From Balamuthia mandrillaris (taxonomy: Eukaryota), in assembly GCA_031835245.2 (NCBI GenBank), contig JAVKOQ020000077.1, positions 62,001 through 126,000 of the forward strand: a stretch of 64,000 nucleotides of DNA. The letters run 5' to 3'. Shown piece after piece: positions 23,401 through 35,597 of the stretch. Every line of letters starts with the position of its first letter. Within the stretch, counting starts at the first letter, position 1. The translations under genes were made by a program, and so were the position numbers. The notes beneath the pieces were generated by a model. That model did no database searches, was not told the origin of the DNA, and saw nothing but the letters and a program-made list of their open reading frames with translations.

Positions 23401-25982
23401 AGCGGTGGCAACAAGAAAGGTGGCAGAAGGATGAGGCGTGGGTGAAGGAGAGGCGACGATCCTTTGATCCAACAGTACATGCACGCGCGCACCAATATCC
23501 GGGTGTGAGTGGCGTTAACGTAGTGGGTTCGCACGCTGCTGCCACATCTGTACCAATCTCTATTTCCTCTTCCCCTCTGCCAACCGCTACAACAAACGTT
23601 TTTATTGATGGAATTAGCGAACAGGAGCAAGTAAAAGAAAGAGAAAGTGAAACAGCAAAAGAGGCATCAGAAGAGGACGGGAAGAACAGAGGAGGAAGAG
23701 AAGAACGGAGGAAAAGCAGAAGGAGCAGCAGCGGCAACAGTAGTGGCGGAAGCAGCAGCGGTGGCACCAGCAGCCGCAGTCATAGCAAAGACAGACGAAG
23801 AAGGCATCATCACCGCCACCACCATCACCACAGAAGCAGTCGAACACACAGCAGCAGTAATAGCAGAAGCAGAAAAGTCAACGAAGAAGAACGGAAGCAT
23901 CGCCACGTCACTAATAGAGAAAGAGAATCCACTTCTGACGATAGGTCTCGCTCTCATCGCAAAGAGAAGCACAAAAAAAGACACCGTCATCGGTACTCTT
24001 CATCATCTTCTACATCGACATCTTCTTCTTCCTCTTCATCATCCTCCAAAAGGAATTCTTCGGAAAGAAAATCCACTTCTCCTTCGAAACGTGATGGTCT
24101 TGGAAGCAGTCCTGAACAGGCCTTTGCTGTTCTTAAGATAGGAGCTCCTTTCCCTAATGATGCCATCTTTATAGCCGCCAGTCCTCCTTTCCTTTCTCTC
24201 TTTGGGTTTACAGAGGTAAATGCAAATGTCTTTCACATCATGTCTTGTGTATGTAAAATACCTAACCATCTGTATTACAAATACCAACAACAGAGAGAAT
24301 TAATAGGCACGAGTTGGAAGAGGATCATACCCAAAGAAACTGAAGTGGGACTGCTGAATCCTGTCTGGGAGAACATAGCCCGGAAGAGCACCCAAGTCTC
24401 TACAACGGTGATGGACCTCGTCACCAAGGAAGGCGAAGTCTTCACTGCCAACACCAAACATAAGATCACGTTCAGCGAGGCAGGCATTCCTGAAGTGGCC
24501 ATTCTGTACGTGGAAAATGTGAAGACCATTAGGAAGGACAAACGAGCAAGAAGAGCAGAACGACGGCAAAGCAAGAGTAACAGCAGAGGCAGAAGCCGAA
24601 GCAAAAGCCGAAGCAAGAGCGTAAGCGGAGTGGAGGACGAGGAGAAAGAAAAGGAAAAAGAAAAGAGAGCTGAGGAAAAGAAGAAGCGGAAGAAGAACAG
24701 GAAGAGAAAAGAGGAGGAAAAGAAGAAAAAGAAGCGAAAGAAGACAAAGGAAGAAGACAAGGAAGAGGAGGCAGATGATGGAAGTAAGTCAAGGAAAAAG
24801 AGAAAAAAGAGTACTAGGAAGAAAGATGGAGACAAAGAAACAGAAGAAATAGAGGATGGGGCAGAAGAAGAAAATTTGAAGAGAAAGAAACATAAGAAGA
24901 GACCAAAGGAAGGACGCAGCAGCAGCCGAAAGAGAAAGAGAAAGAGCGGCAACTCCGACTCTCGCAGCAGTAGCAAACGCAAGCGACGAAGCGACGAACA
25001 GGAGCAAGAAGCACAGCCAGCCGAAGGCCTAGAACGGCGGTCTAGAAAGAAGAGCAGGCCTGCTTCTCCTCTTTCTCATGCTACTCCTGCATCAAACGAG
25101 CAAAACAGCAACAAGAATGAAATAGAAGCAGAGGACCAACACGAAAAACACGACAAACACGACAAAATGGAACTTGACCTGAACCAAAACGAGAACAACA
25201 AAAATTCCCACAATACAAAGAACGAAGAAGAGCAACAACGTCAGCAACAATTGTCTCGTCTTCAATCCTCTGGAATTGAAGAGAAGGTACCAACCACAAG
25301 ACAAAGAGGACTTCCGCTGAGGGAATACTTTGAAGACGAACGAGAGGGTCGTGCCCACATCTTCCCTCAATCTTCTGTTGATGGCGATGGAAGAAACAAC
25401 AACAACAAGAAGAACGGTGAGACTGCAACTTCATCTGTACATAGCAACAACAAGACCGGAAAGAATGATTGCGATGAACGCCACCGAAGCAGTGCAGGTA
25501 GTGGAAACCGAGATATTGGAGAAAGCAGCATTGACAATGGAAACGGCAACGGGAATGGAAATGGAGCAAGCGGAGGCAATGAAAGCAATGGCGGCAGCAG
25601 TAGTAACAGCAGCGGCGGAAGCAGCGGAGGGAGCGGTGGCAGCAGTTCTGCCAGCAGCAGCGGAGGAAACAGCAGCGCTTCTGCCTCATCCTCCTCTTCC
25701 TCCTCAGGCAGCGGAAGCGATGACAGCGGCAGCGGCTCCTCTTCCCCCTCTGATGATTCCTCTCTTTCTTCTTGCTCCTCTTCTTCATCGTCCTGCTCCT
25801 CTTGTTCCTCTTCTTCGGGCAGCGATGACAGCGGAAGCGGAAGCGGCAGTGACGACAGCCCTTCCATGAGCTGTTCCTCTTTGGAGGCAACGCCCAGCCC
25901 GCCCACCAACACCACCTCCCCTTCCAGCAGCCCCCTTGACAGCGATGATGAGAGCAGCGATGACCGTATCACCATCTTGTAA
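20467..25982 (+). CDS. Very large low-complexity protein (~1,700 aa) with a coiled coil, one PAS domain and a basic/Ser-rich tail
   Basis: Exons ~20467-21343, 21569-24214 and 24294-25982. PAS-like IFIAASPPFLSLFGFTE|RELIGTSWKRII..DLVTKEGEVF..; Lys/Arg NLS-like tracts. Confidence 0.7.
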
Positions 25983-26241
25983 AAAAAAAATTATATATTA
26001 AATTTTTTTAAAGAAGGAACAAAAAAATTATTTGCTGTGCTGGTGTCGAACGCACGACCATTATTTTAGCCTAAATTGTAGCCTAATACCATCACTACTG
26101 TACACATATTATGTGAAGAGATGGTATCTATTAGGTAGAATGACAATTTTTTTATTTCACAAAAAAAAAAAAAGAAAAGAAAAATAAAAAGAAAAAAGTT
26201 TAAAGAAAAAAAATCAAATCAAAGAAAGAAAGAAAGAAATA

Positions 26242-29200
26242 ATGTTGGGCTCCCTCTTGCTGTTCTTGTTTGGTTTTTGTGTGGGCGGGCTGACCATCTT
26301 CCTCGGGGTGGCGGCCCTCATCTATGTGGTCTACCTCAAGGTGGAAGAGAAGACCTCCGAGCTGCGGAGCAGGGCCTCCCTCACGACCGAACAGCAGACC
26401 AACAACAATGCGCTGCGTCGACGGTTGAGGAGCAGTGACGATGCAGTTGCTGGTTCTTCTTCCTCGCCGCCGTCGTCGTCGTCTTCTGCTTCGTCTTTGG
26501 TAGGTTTTTTTTTGGGTGGCATTTATTCCACAACGGTCAAAAAAGTTGATTTTAATCTCCCTTTCTCTTGTTCTCTCCTTCCCTCTTCCTCTCTTCCTCT
26601 CTCCTCTCTCTCTTCTCTTCTCCTCTCGCTCGTGGCATAGAGGGACAACATGGAGGGCTATGCTCGCTTCCAAGAGTTTGTGGGGCAGCAGCTTCTCAGT
26701 GGCAGATACGCTGTTGACTGGTCTTTCATCGTCCTCAAAGGCAACATGCTCTTCAAGTTTGCTGACAAAACTGTATTTTTTCTTTCTCTTCTCTCTCTCT
26801 CTCTCTTCTCTCTCTTCTCTCTCTTCTCTCTCTTCTCTCTCTTCTCTCTCTTCTCTCTCTTCTCTCTCTTCTCTCTCGTTCTCTCGTTCTCGTTCTCGTT
26901 CTCTCGTTCTCTCGTTCTCTCGTTCTTCTCGTTCTCTCATTCTCTCATTCTCTCATTCTCTCATTCTCTCTTCTCTCTTCTCTCTTCTCTCTTCTCTCTT
27001 CTCTCTTCTCTCTTCTCTCTTCTTCTCTTCTCTCTTCTCTCTTCTCTCTTCTCTCTTCTCTCTTCTCTCTTCTCTCTTCTCTCTTCTCTCTTCTCTCTCT
27101 CTCTTCTCTCTTCTCTCTTCTCTCTTCTCTCTTGCTCTTTCGCTCTTCTCTCTTCTCTCTCTCTCTTCTCTCTCTCTCTTCTCTCTTCTCTCTTCTCTCT
27201 TCTCTCTTCTCTCTTCTCTCTCTTCTCTCTTCTCTCTTCGCTCTTCTCTCTTCTCTCTTCTCTCTCCTCTCTTCTTCGCTTCTCTCATTCTCTGTTCTCC
27301 GTGTTCTCTTCTTCGTTTCTCTTCCATCCCTTTAACCTTATATGTAACTTACGAACCACAAAAAAGAGCACTATACACTCTTCAGAACCAGGAGAAGTGG
27401 TATGCTTGGATGGTTGCCACGTGGAGGCTACCGACTCCAACTTTGCTTCTAGGAATACCTGTTTGAAGATCAGCCATGAAGACAGAGCGTTGTGGAAAGA
27501 GAAGCACTTTTTCTTTCTCTACTTTGTGAACGGCAAGGAACTAGAGGAGTGGTACTATGCTTTGCGCCGTGCTGCTGACCTTAGTGATAACGTATACTTG
27601 CTTCTTTATCCTGCCTTTTCTTCTCCCAGCATCTGTTTTTCTTGTCTTTGTTTTAATATTAACCTTTTCACAGTTTGCAACGTACAGAGAAGATGACAAG
27701 CGCGTCCATGACTACTTTTCTTCTCTATCTCGAGCTTTACTGAGTAACAATGGTAGTGAATACTTTGCGTTTTTCTGTCCCAACTTGTTCTTCTTGTTCT
27801 GCTGCTAACTTAAATGAAACAATGTAGATGGTAACGCTTGGTGTAACGCTATATTGGCACGTTTCTGGTGGAACATAATGGACAACAAACACTTTTTGAA
27901 GTTCATTCGAAAAGGCCTTTGTCATCGCATCACCAAAATGACTGACTTTCCAAGTTTCATAGTTTGTTTTTCTTCCTTGCTTGTTGTTTCTTGCTTGCTT
28001 GCTTTCTTTCTCACCAGCTGCAACACAAACAGGATTCGATGATATTAGAAAGCATGTATATAGGATCAAACGTGCCACATATTAGCAACTGCACTCTGCA
28101 CTCCATCTCAGGCCACGGCGAAGTCAAGGTTGACATGGACGTAACGTACAACGCTGGCTTTGAGATGAAGATCAAAGTCAATACTAGCATGCAGCTTCCA
28201 GGCGCTTCTGTTGAAGTACCGGCTTATGCTACCATGAAAGTCAACAGTCTTTCTGGAAGAGTAAGTTTTTTTAAAAAAGGGCACTCATTTGTTGCTTTTT
28301 CTTTTTCACTAAACTTGTTTTTATAGATGCGACTACATATCTCTCCTCCACCGTGCGAAAGATTTTGGATTGGCTTTCATCAAGAACCACAATTTGAAGT
28401 ATCTGCTGGTTCGTTCTTCTTTTCTCTTCTCTTCTTTCTCCCCAAACTCAAAACACTAACATTTTAAAAACAGAAACAAAGATAGGAGAGGACACAATAA
28501 TGCCAGGGATGATGAACCTAGCAAACAATCTCATGAAGAAGCTCGACCTTTCCAACATCATCGTCAATAAGCTTAAATCGGCCATCGTTATAGAAAAAAT
28601 GGTACTTCCAAATATGGATGAATGGCCTTTACCTTACTGGCCTGAATCAGCTTCTGATGATGGTAACGACACCCGTCTACTTGTTCTTCAACATTTTCTT
28701 GTTCTTTCTCTTTGTCTCATTTTTGTGTTGACATGTTTATTTTCTTTCTTTCTTTCTATTTTTTTTGTAGAAGATGAGATGCAACCAATAGAGTTCTTCT
28801 CCAGAAAGGAAGCCAAAGAGCAAAAACGAGCGCAACGAGAACGCTCTTTCCTCCGCAAGTCGTTAATCGATATCTCTCCCAAAGGCATCACCATGTTTGG
28901 TTCTACCATTATAGCACCCTCGCTACCTTCTTCTTCCTCTTCTTCTTCCTCTTCTTCTTCTTCTTGTTCTTCTTCTTCTTCTTCTTGTTCTTCTTCTTCT
29001 TCTTCCGCTGCTTCTTTTTCTTCTTCCTCAATGTCAATAGCTCCATCCCTTTCTGCTTCTTCCTCCGCATCGTCTTCTGCTGCAGCGTCTTCAAAAAATG
29101 GAAGCAATGATGATACAACAGAGACTTCGACTTCAACAACAACAGCTCCAACTTACCCCATAAGACAACGTGCCTCTTCGGCTCCATACGTGCCAGCAGT

Positions 29201-30122
29201 ACAAACATCCCAATTGCCTTCCTCCTCTTCTTCTTCTCCTTCTTCTCCTCGTTTTACAGATGTACCAGATGTTGATTCTTCTCCCGGTGTTTCTTCACCT
29301 CATTCTGATGCTTCTCCTTCGTCAGTTGCCGTTTCCACTATCTCCCCAATAGCATCACCACGATCGAAAATATCTTCATTATCTGCTGTGACTCCAACGA
29401 CATCCACATCACCATTACCACCACTACCACCAAATAACAACAATATTAACAGTTCTGTTGCCGTCGTTCAAACACCAACAAGCCCTCGTTCACCTCCAGC
29501 GAGCCCTTCATCCTCTCCACCAGTTTCTCCCAAGAAAGATTCAGCTGTTATCCCCTATCCTCGTTCTGCACCGAAGCAAATCCCGTCTGCCCCATCCTTT
29601 TCTGCTTCTTATGGTCAAGAGAGTACAAATAGGAACAATCATTCCAGCAATGTTGCCCGATCAGCTTCTTATGCTCCCTCCATCTCTCCTTCGCCTTCGC
29701 CTTCCTCTACGTCCTCTTACCCCTCTTTCTCATCTCTGCTTTCTCAAGTCTCCCCAACAAAATCGGGCAGCACCAAAAAGATGTCTCTCTTCTCATCACT
29801 CAAAGCCAATCTTTCCAATTACTCTACTTCAGCGGCACCTCCTCTTCCTCCTCATCAACAACAAGCTACGCACTCTACCACTTATCGTACCCCTGCTCCT
29901 CCTCCATCATCTTCTTCGTCTTCTTCAACGCGCCCCCTTCCTGCTGCTCCTCCTTCTGCAGCTTCATCTTCAGCTTCTTATACACCATCTGCTGCTGCTT
30001 CTTCGTCTTCATCCCTTCGAAGGTCTGGTGGAGGAATTGGAGCAACAACGAATGCTTCGTCAACTTCATTATCAGCACCACGCGCTGTTGTTTACACGCC
30101 GCAACCAAAGCAATCCACCTAA
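26242..30122 (+). CDS. TM + PH + SMP (TULIP) lipid-transfer protein, TEX2/Nvj2-like
   Basis: N-terminal TM; PH (FIVLKGNMLFKF..CLDGCHV..KELEEWYYALRRA); SMP (AWCNAILARFWW..IGSNVPHI..VNSLSGR|MRLHISPPPCERFWIGF..EKMVLPNMD). Confidence 0.88.
26780..27320. repeat. ~540-bp (CTCTT)/(CTCTTCT) intronic microsatellite
   Basis: Almost pure pyrimidine tract between exons of the PH domain. Confidence 0.9.
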
Positions 30123-30345
30123 ACGTAATTAGTTTCGCTTCTTTTTACCTATAATGGTTAAAATGACCCTTTATCACACAATGTAGGCATTGCCATTTAT
30201 ACCGCCCATCTACACTTTTTCTTCGTAGGATAGTTCCTAGCGTTTTTCCTGGACCTCGACTTTTCCATCTCTGCTTGCCTTTAAATACCTTGTTTCATTT
30301 ACTTTCAACCTTATTACAACAACAAACAAAAAAGAAGAAGAAGAA

Positions 30346-31077
30346 ATGTCAGCAACAGCGAACAACGTCTCTGGGAGCTGCTTGGGTTGGACCACCCTTT
30401 TCCTGCTCTTCCTCTCCTTGATCTCTCCCTGGTATCTCACCACCTCCCACTTTGAGGGTTACTTTGGCGAGCAGCAATGCACCATGGCTCAAGTTTTCTT
30501 ATGGGCTCACTCCGTCTGCTCCTCCTCTGGCGACTGCGAGGGCTACAAGGTCTGCCAGGACGGGGACGTCCATGCTTTCTGGGGTGAGGAAGACAACCAC
30601 TTCACAGCGGTCTACGCTCCGACCTTTGTCGGCATTCTCCTGGCCACCCTTGTTGCCTTGGCGCTGACGCTCTTCTTTTCCATCCGTTGTTGCTGCGTGC
30701 GAGAAGACGGTCCCTCCTCCACCTCTTTGACGGTCGTCAAAGTGTTCTTGCTCTTTGCTGGGTTGTTGGGGTTGTTGTTGCTCACCGCGGTGATCGTCTA
30801 CTTTGGGGTGGCTTTGCCGAGAGCTTGGAAGGACAACGTCCAGGACGCGGCGAACTACGTCCCAGGCCCTTGGGACAGTCTCCTCGGACAGCACACTGAG
30901 AGTCCCTACGGCGTGACGCAGACCAAGACGGTGTGGACGCCGGCGGGGTGGTGGGTGGCCATCCTCGCCTGGCCGTTCTTCCTCGGCACCATTATCACCC
31001 TCGGCTTTGCTCTGCGAGCAACTAGCTCCTACACAAAGATAAACGACGCTGGTTACGCCCTTCTTCTACACAACTAA
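30346..31077 (+). CDS. Four-TM claudin/amastin-like membrane protein
   Basis: TM1 followed by SPWY, a Cys-rich first loop and three further hydrophobic helices; tail motifs YTKI/YALL; single exon. Confidence 0.65.
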   Translation: MSATANNVSGSCLGWTTLFLLFLSLISPWYLTTSHFEGYFGEQQCTMAQVFLWAHSVCSSSGDCEGYKVCQDGDVHAFWGEEDNHFTAVYAPTFVGILLATLVALALTLFFSIRCCCVREDGPSSTSLTVVKVFLLFAGLLGLLLLTAVIVYFGVALPRAWKDNVQDAANYVPGPWDSLLGQHTESPYGVTQTKTVWTPAGWWVAILAWPFFLGTIITLGFALRATSSYTKINDAGYALLLHN

Positions 31078-31097
31078 ATGTATAAACAACAGTTTAT

Positions 31098-32309
31098 TTA
31101 CAAGTGTATCCGTTCCAGTTCTTGTGGATGGTGCTCGATGTCCATTTGTTCCTCCGTTTCTTCTTGTTGGTTCGTTCTCGCACGTTTCAAATGAGGACTC
31201 TCCGTGTCTCCCTCTGTTCCTTCCTTGACTTCGTCCATCGGACAAGTCAAGTCGTCTTCTTCGGGCTTCTCTTTTGCAAGCGTGGTGAACCATTGGCATG
31301 TGGGGCAACGAATGGGAACCATCGAAAGGTCTTCATCGCCGCCGGCTCGAGCGCGAATGTAGGCAGTGATGCACTCCCGATGGAACCGGTGATGACACGC
31401 CTCCAGCCGCAACAGCTCTCCTCCTCTCTTCTCGTCCAACAGCACGCATTCCTCGCCTTTTCTCACCGAAAATCCACAGCAACTCTTTTTCCCCTCGTCT
31501 TGTCTAGCTTTTTGTTCGCTCTGCTGTTTGGCGGCCTCTTCTTCGCGTTGACGAGCGGCCATGCGTTCCTTCCGGCCCTCTTCAAAGTCAGGGTCATCGG
31601 TGGCGAGCTCGTACCGACATACGGGGCATGTGTTGTGCTGCTTCAGCCATGGCTGCAAGCATTCTTCATGGTAGTGGTGTCGGCAAGGCAGGGCGATTAC
31701 TTGCTCCTCCTCCTGGAAGCTCTCCTGGCAGACGGGACAATCGCTCTGTCTCTGGAGGTCCTTGAGGGAAAGGTGGAGCTTGGGGAGGGCGGCCACGGCC
31801 TCCTTAGAGGCAGGAGGAGGTCCAGTGCTGGCTCGTAGTTGGTGCAGCATAAAGGTGTGGTTGAGAAAGTCCTGGAAGGAGGCGAACCCTTGGCCTTGCG
31901 CCGGCATTTGTTGCGGCTGTCCAACGGGAACCGGGAAGAAGAGAGGCACGGCATAATGCTCCGCCCTTCCGTTGGGGTTGTTCCGAGGGGAGACCAGGGC
32001 TGCTGGAATGTCGGTGAACGTCACCGTGATCCCTCTCCTGGGTCGTGTGTTGGCGTTGCCTGACTCTTCATTTGTGTGGGAAGAAGCGGGTGCTGCTTCG
32101 ACGTTGCTACTTGTGGAGGTGGGGGATGGGGTTTGTTCATCTGGTGTTGTGGTTCGACCTTCTTCCGGAGGCAACGGGACGAAGAAGCTGAAGGAGAGAT
32201 GAACCAACGGCACGTTGAAGAAGGAGCCCTGCGGCTGTTCCCGATTGGTTGTCACGGTGGGAGCTCCCCCGCTCGATTGGTTGTTGTCGTTGTTTTCGTT
32301 CTCAGACAT
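31098..32309 (-). CDS. RING-H2 E3 ubiquitin ligase (RNF115/126/181-like) with a second RING-like module
   Basis: GPPPASKEAVAALP..CPVCQESF..LPCRHHYHEECLQPWLKQHNTCPVCRYEL; second module ACHHRFHRECI..CPTC. Confidence 0.9.
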   Translation of the reverse strand: MSENENNDNNQSSGGAPTVTTNREQPQGSFFNVPLVHLSFSFFVPLPPEEGRTTTPDEQTPSPTSTSSNVEAAPASSHTNEESGNANTRPRRGITVTFTDIPAALVSPRNNPNGRAEHYAVPLFFPVPVGQPQQMPAQGQGFASFQDFLNHTFMLHQLRASTGPPPASKEAVAALPKLHLSLKDLQRQSDCPVCQESFQEEEQVIALPCRHHYHEECLQPWLKQHNTCPVCRYELATDDPDFEEGRKERMAARQREEEAAKQQSEQKARQDEGKKSCCGFSVRKGEECVLLDEKRGGELLRLEACHHRFHRECITAYIRARAGGDEDLSMVPIRCPTCQWFTTLAKEKPEEDDLTCPMDEVKEGTEGDTESPHLKRARTNQQEETEEQMDIEHHPQELERIHL

Positions 32310-33069
32310 GTGTCCCCAATCTGTCGACAAGACCGTTATAGCGTGGGTACTAAGCTGTTTTCTGTCTCTTTTTGTTTACAAAAAGGTGAAAATCTGTGTT
32401 GGTGTTTGGTATTTATGGATGGGAGGAATGTTCCGCTCTTTCGTTGTGTCATCCATCCAAAAAAAAGAAAAACAAAAAATGAATTAAAGAGATGAGCGAA
32501 GCGGTGGATTTCTTAACTTTCCATTTTCCCGCATTCTGACTTTCTGACTGTTGTCAATGGATTTTCCGCATAGTTTCTTTCCGGAATTTCAACGAAATCA
32601 ACTTTTCCACGCGAATTTTCTCAGTCCCTTTGTCCACAAATTTTCAACAAATAGAGCACTAAATAAATTTCGTCGACATGACTATTTAGCCGAAATTTCC
32701 ACTCACACAATTTCCTAATTAAGCGTAGTTTTCGTCGATAGTTAAAAAATCACAGAAAAATTATCGAAAATTTAATAAATTCAAAAAAATCAAATTAAAA
32801 CTCGAAAAAAAGACGAAGAAAGAAAGAGAGGCCTGCAACGACAAGCCGCCCCACCAAACCCAACCCACCAACCAGCCAAAGCGTCGAAGAACTCCGTTTG
32901 GTGTGGTTGTGGTTGACGGCGGTTGAAAAGGAGGGAGGGAGAAGAAAAAAACACACCCACCAAACCCACTTTCATTTGGTTTCCCCCTTTTTCAATTTTA
33001 TTTATTTTTAAGTTTGATTAGGATTTGTTTTATATACATAAAAAGAGCAACAAAGCAACAAAAAAAAAT

Positions 33070-33762
33070 ATGGCCAAAACGAAAGAGATGAACCCACAAG
33101 GAGCCAAACGAGTCTATGAGGTGTGGCCAGCCAACAACAAGTTTTTCTGTGGCGGGCGGGGCCTCAGCGGACCGGACCGCCGTTACTTCTACCTGGCCCT
33201 TGCTCTTCTCTTGATTCCCATGGTTCTCTACTGTGGTCTTAGGTTCGTTCCTCTTCTCCTTCCTCCCCTTCTTTGTTTCTGCTTCTTTTTCTTCTTTTTT
33301 ATTTCTTCTTGTTCTTCTTTGTTCTTGTGCTTCACCTTCTTCTGCTTCTTGTCGTTCTAACTCCAACACATTATAGTTGGCCATGGCTGTTGACTCATAT
33401 AGAACTGTATATTTCGGTGCCTCTCTTTGTTCTCTTCCTCTTCTTGGGCTTCATCAACCTATCTTTCATGCTGATAACGGCCTTTCGGGACCCTGGCATC
33501 GTCCCTCGCGGCCTTCCCATCGAATATGACCCTGGTTGTCTTTCCTCTCCTCTCCTCTCCTTTCTTCTTTCTTCTTTCTCTTCTTTCTTCTTTCTCTTCT
33601 TTCTCTTCTTCGTTTGTCCTTTCTTTCCATCTTTTTGGGGTGTGTCTCTAACGAAGAGAACGGACAATAGAGAACCCATGGGAGTATGACGCGAAGAAAC
33701 CGGCTGATACAGCACGCGTCTACCTCGCAGGAGAAAAGATACGCGTCAAATACTGCCGTAAG

Positions 33763-33801
<39 letters not shown>

Positions 33802-35093
33802 AAGAAGAAAATCGAGTCTCATTCTCTCTTTTTCTTTGCAGAGACGTGCAATATTTATAGGCCACCACGTTGCATTCACTGCGCCGTTTGTAACAATTGT
33901 GTTGAACGATTCGATCATCACTGTACATACGATCCTTCTTCCTTTTAACTTCTCTCTCTTTTTTGCTTTCACCAATTTCTTCTCTTTGTTGTTTTTAACA
34001 AGCTAACATTGGGAAAAAAATGCACAGGTCCATGGGTAGGAAATTGCATTGGAAGACGCAACTATCAAACCTTTTTGGCGTTCGTGTGGGGTGTTAACCT
34101 GAGCTCGCTCTACGCCTTGGGCCTGAGCATCACTCACATCACGCTCGCCACTTTGGAAGCCATCGATGACCATGATGATGCCACCGACCGGTTCTTGCAC
34201 GTCTTGGAACACAGTTACTTTAGGTTTAGTTTTGTTCATTTCTTTTAAAGGCTTCTTCTCCTTGTGCTTGTTTTTTTCTGACTCTTTTTTCATTAGTATG
34301 GCAATGATATTGTACACTTTTTTAGCTCTTGGTTTGGTTGGCTTCTTGGGTGGTTTCCATTGTTTGCTAGCTTGCTCCGCTCAAACAACCAACGAAAAGG
34401 TTTCTTCGTTCGTCCTTTTTTTTTTCCATCATTAACTTATCCACCTTTTTTTTTACAGTTGAAAGGACTTTACAACAAGAGAAAAAACCCACATTCAAAA
34501 GGAGAACCTTGCTTAAATGTTATCAGTTTGTTCTGCGACACTCATTGGCCAAGGTTTATTCTCTTCTTCCTTTCGTCTTGTTCCTCTTGTTCTTATTGTT
34601 CTTCCTCTTCCTGTTGCTTCTTCTGCTTCTTTTCTTCTTATGCTTCTTTGCGTCTGCTTCTACTTTCTATTTTCATTTTTTAACTAAACAGCATAATAGT
34701 TCACACAAATTCAGATCGCTTGCGAACGAAGAAGAGAGACGAAAACACAGACGCAAGTTTTGGGACATCGACGAGAAGGAGAAGGAGAAACGGGCGGAGC
34801 AGCGTCGCAAAATGGAGGAGAAGAAACAAAAGAAGGAGGAGAGAAGAAAGAGCAAAGAGGCATTACGCAAAAGCAAAACGGACAGCAAAGTCAAAACTCC
34901 TTCTACATCACAAATACAAAAAACAACAACAAAGAAAGAAAAAGAAAAGGAAGACAGAAAACGGGAAAGGGAAGGAGAGCTCGCGCAAGATCAGGAACGG
35001 CCGATAGAAGTGACGACGGCTTCACTGGTCATGCCTTCTTCTTGTGGGGAGGAAGATGAAGATGCCACCGAAATGGATGAATTCGTCTCGTAG
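33070..35093 (+). CDS. DHHC palmitoyltransferase (Erf2/ZDHHC9-14-18-like)
   Basis: [65 protein letters not shown]. Confidence 0.93.
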
Positions 35094-35597
35094 ATCGACT
35101 TTCTTTATTCTCTCTCTCTTTCACTCCTTTCTTTCTCGTTTTCCTTTTCATTTCTGCACTTCTCTTTTTAATTTATGGATTTATTGTGTTTTTAGTTTGT
35201 ATTGAATGAGGCAGCATACAAGTGATATATTCTTCTTTTACTTAAAAAACGAAACCTTCTTTTCTTCCTTTATCCTTTCCATTTGTTTTGTTGTTCTTGT
35301 CGTCACGCTATGGAAGGAGGACTCCGTCCGGCAGTATGCCTTCAATCGCAGCCAAAGCTACTCGGCTTGCAAAGTCCGTCGGACCGACGTCATGTATAGT
35401 TATCCTGTTAAAAGTTCTTGTGCTTCTTCCCATCTTCGTGCTGCCTCTCTTTCTTGCTCTTGTTGGCCTCGCTTCTCTTGTTCCGCTTTGCATTGCTTAC
35501 AACGGGGTGGGCAGGGATGTCTTGCCTTTTCATGCTGTTGTCTTGTCCGTTTTTGCTGAATAGCCGCGCGCGCACGTTACTCTCCTGCGCTCTTCAG

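Noticed and set aside
24275..25975. Long antisense ORFs opposite large genes (also 3881-4432, 38827-39288)
   Set aside because: Shadow frames of low-complexity or GC3-rich coding sequence with no domain signal.
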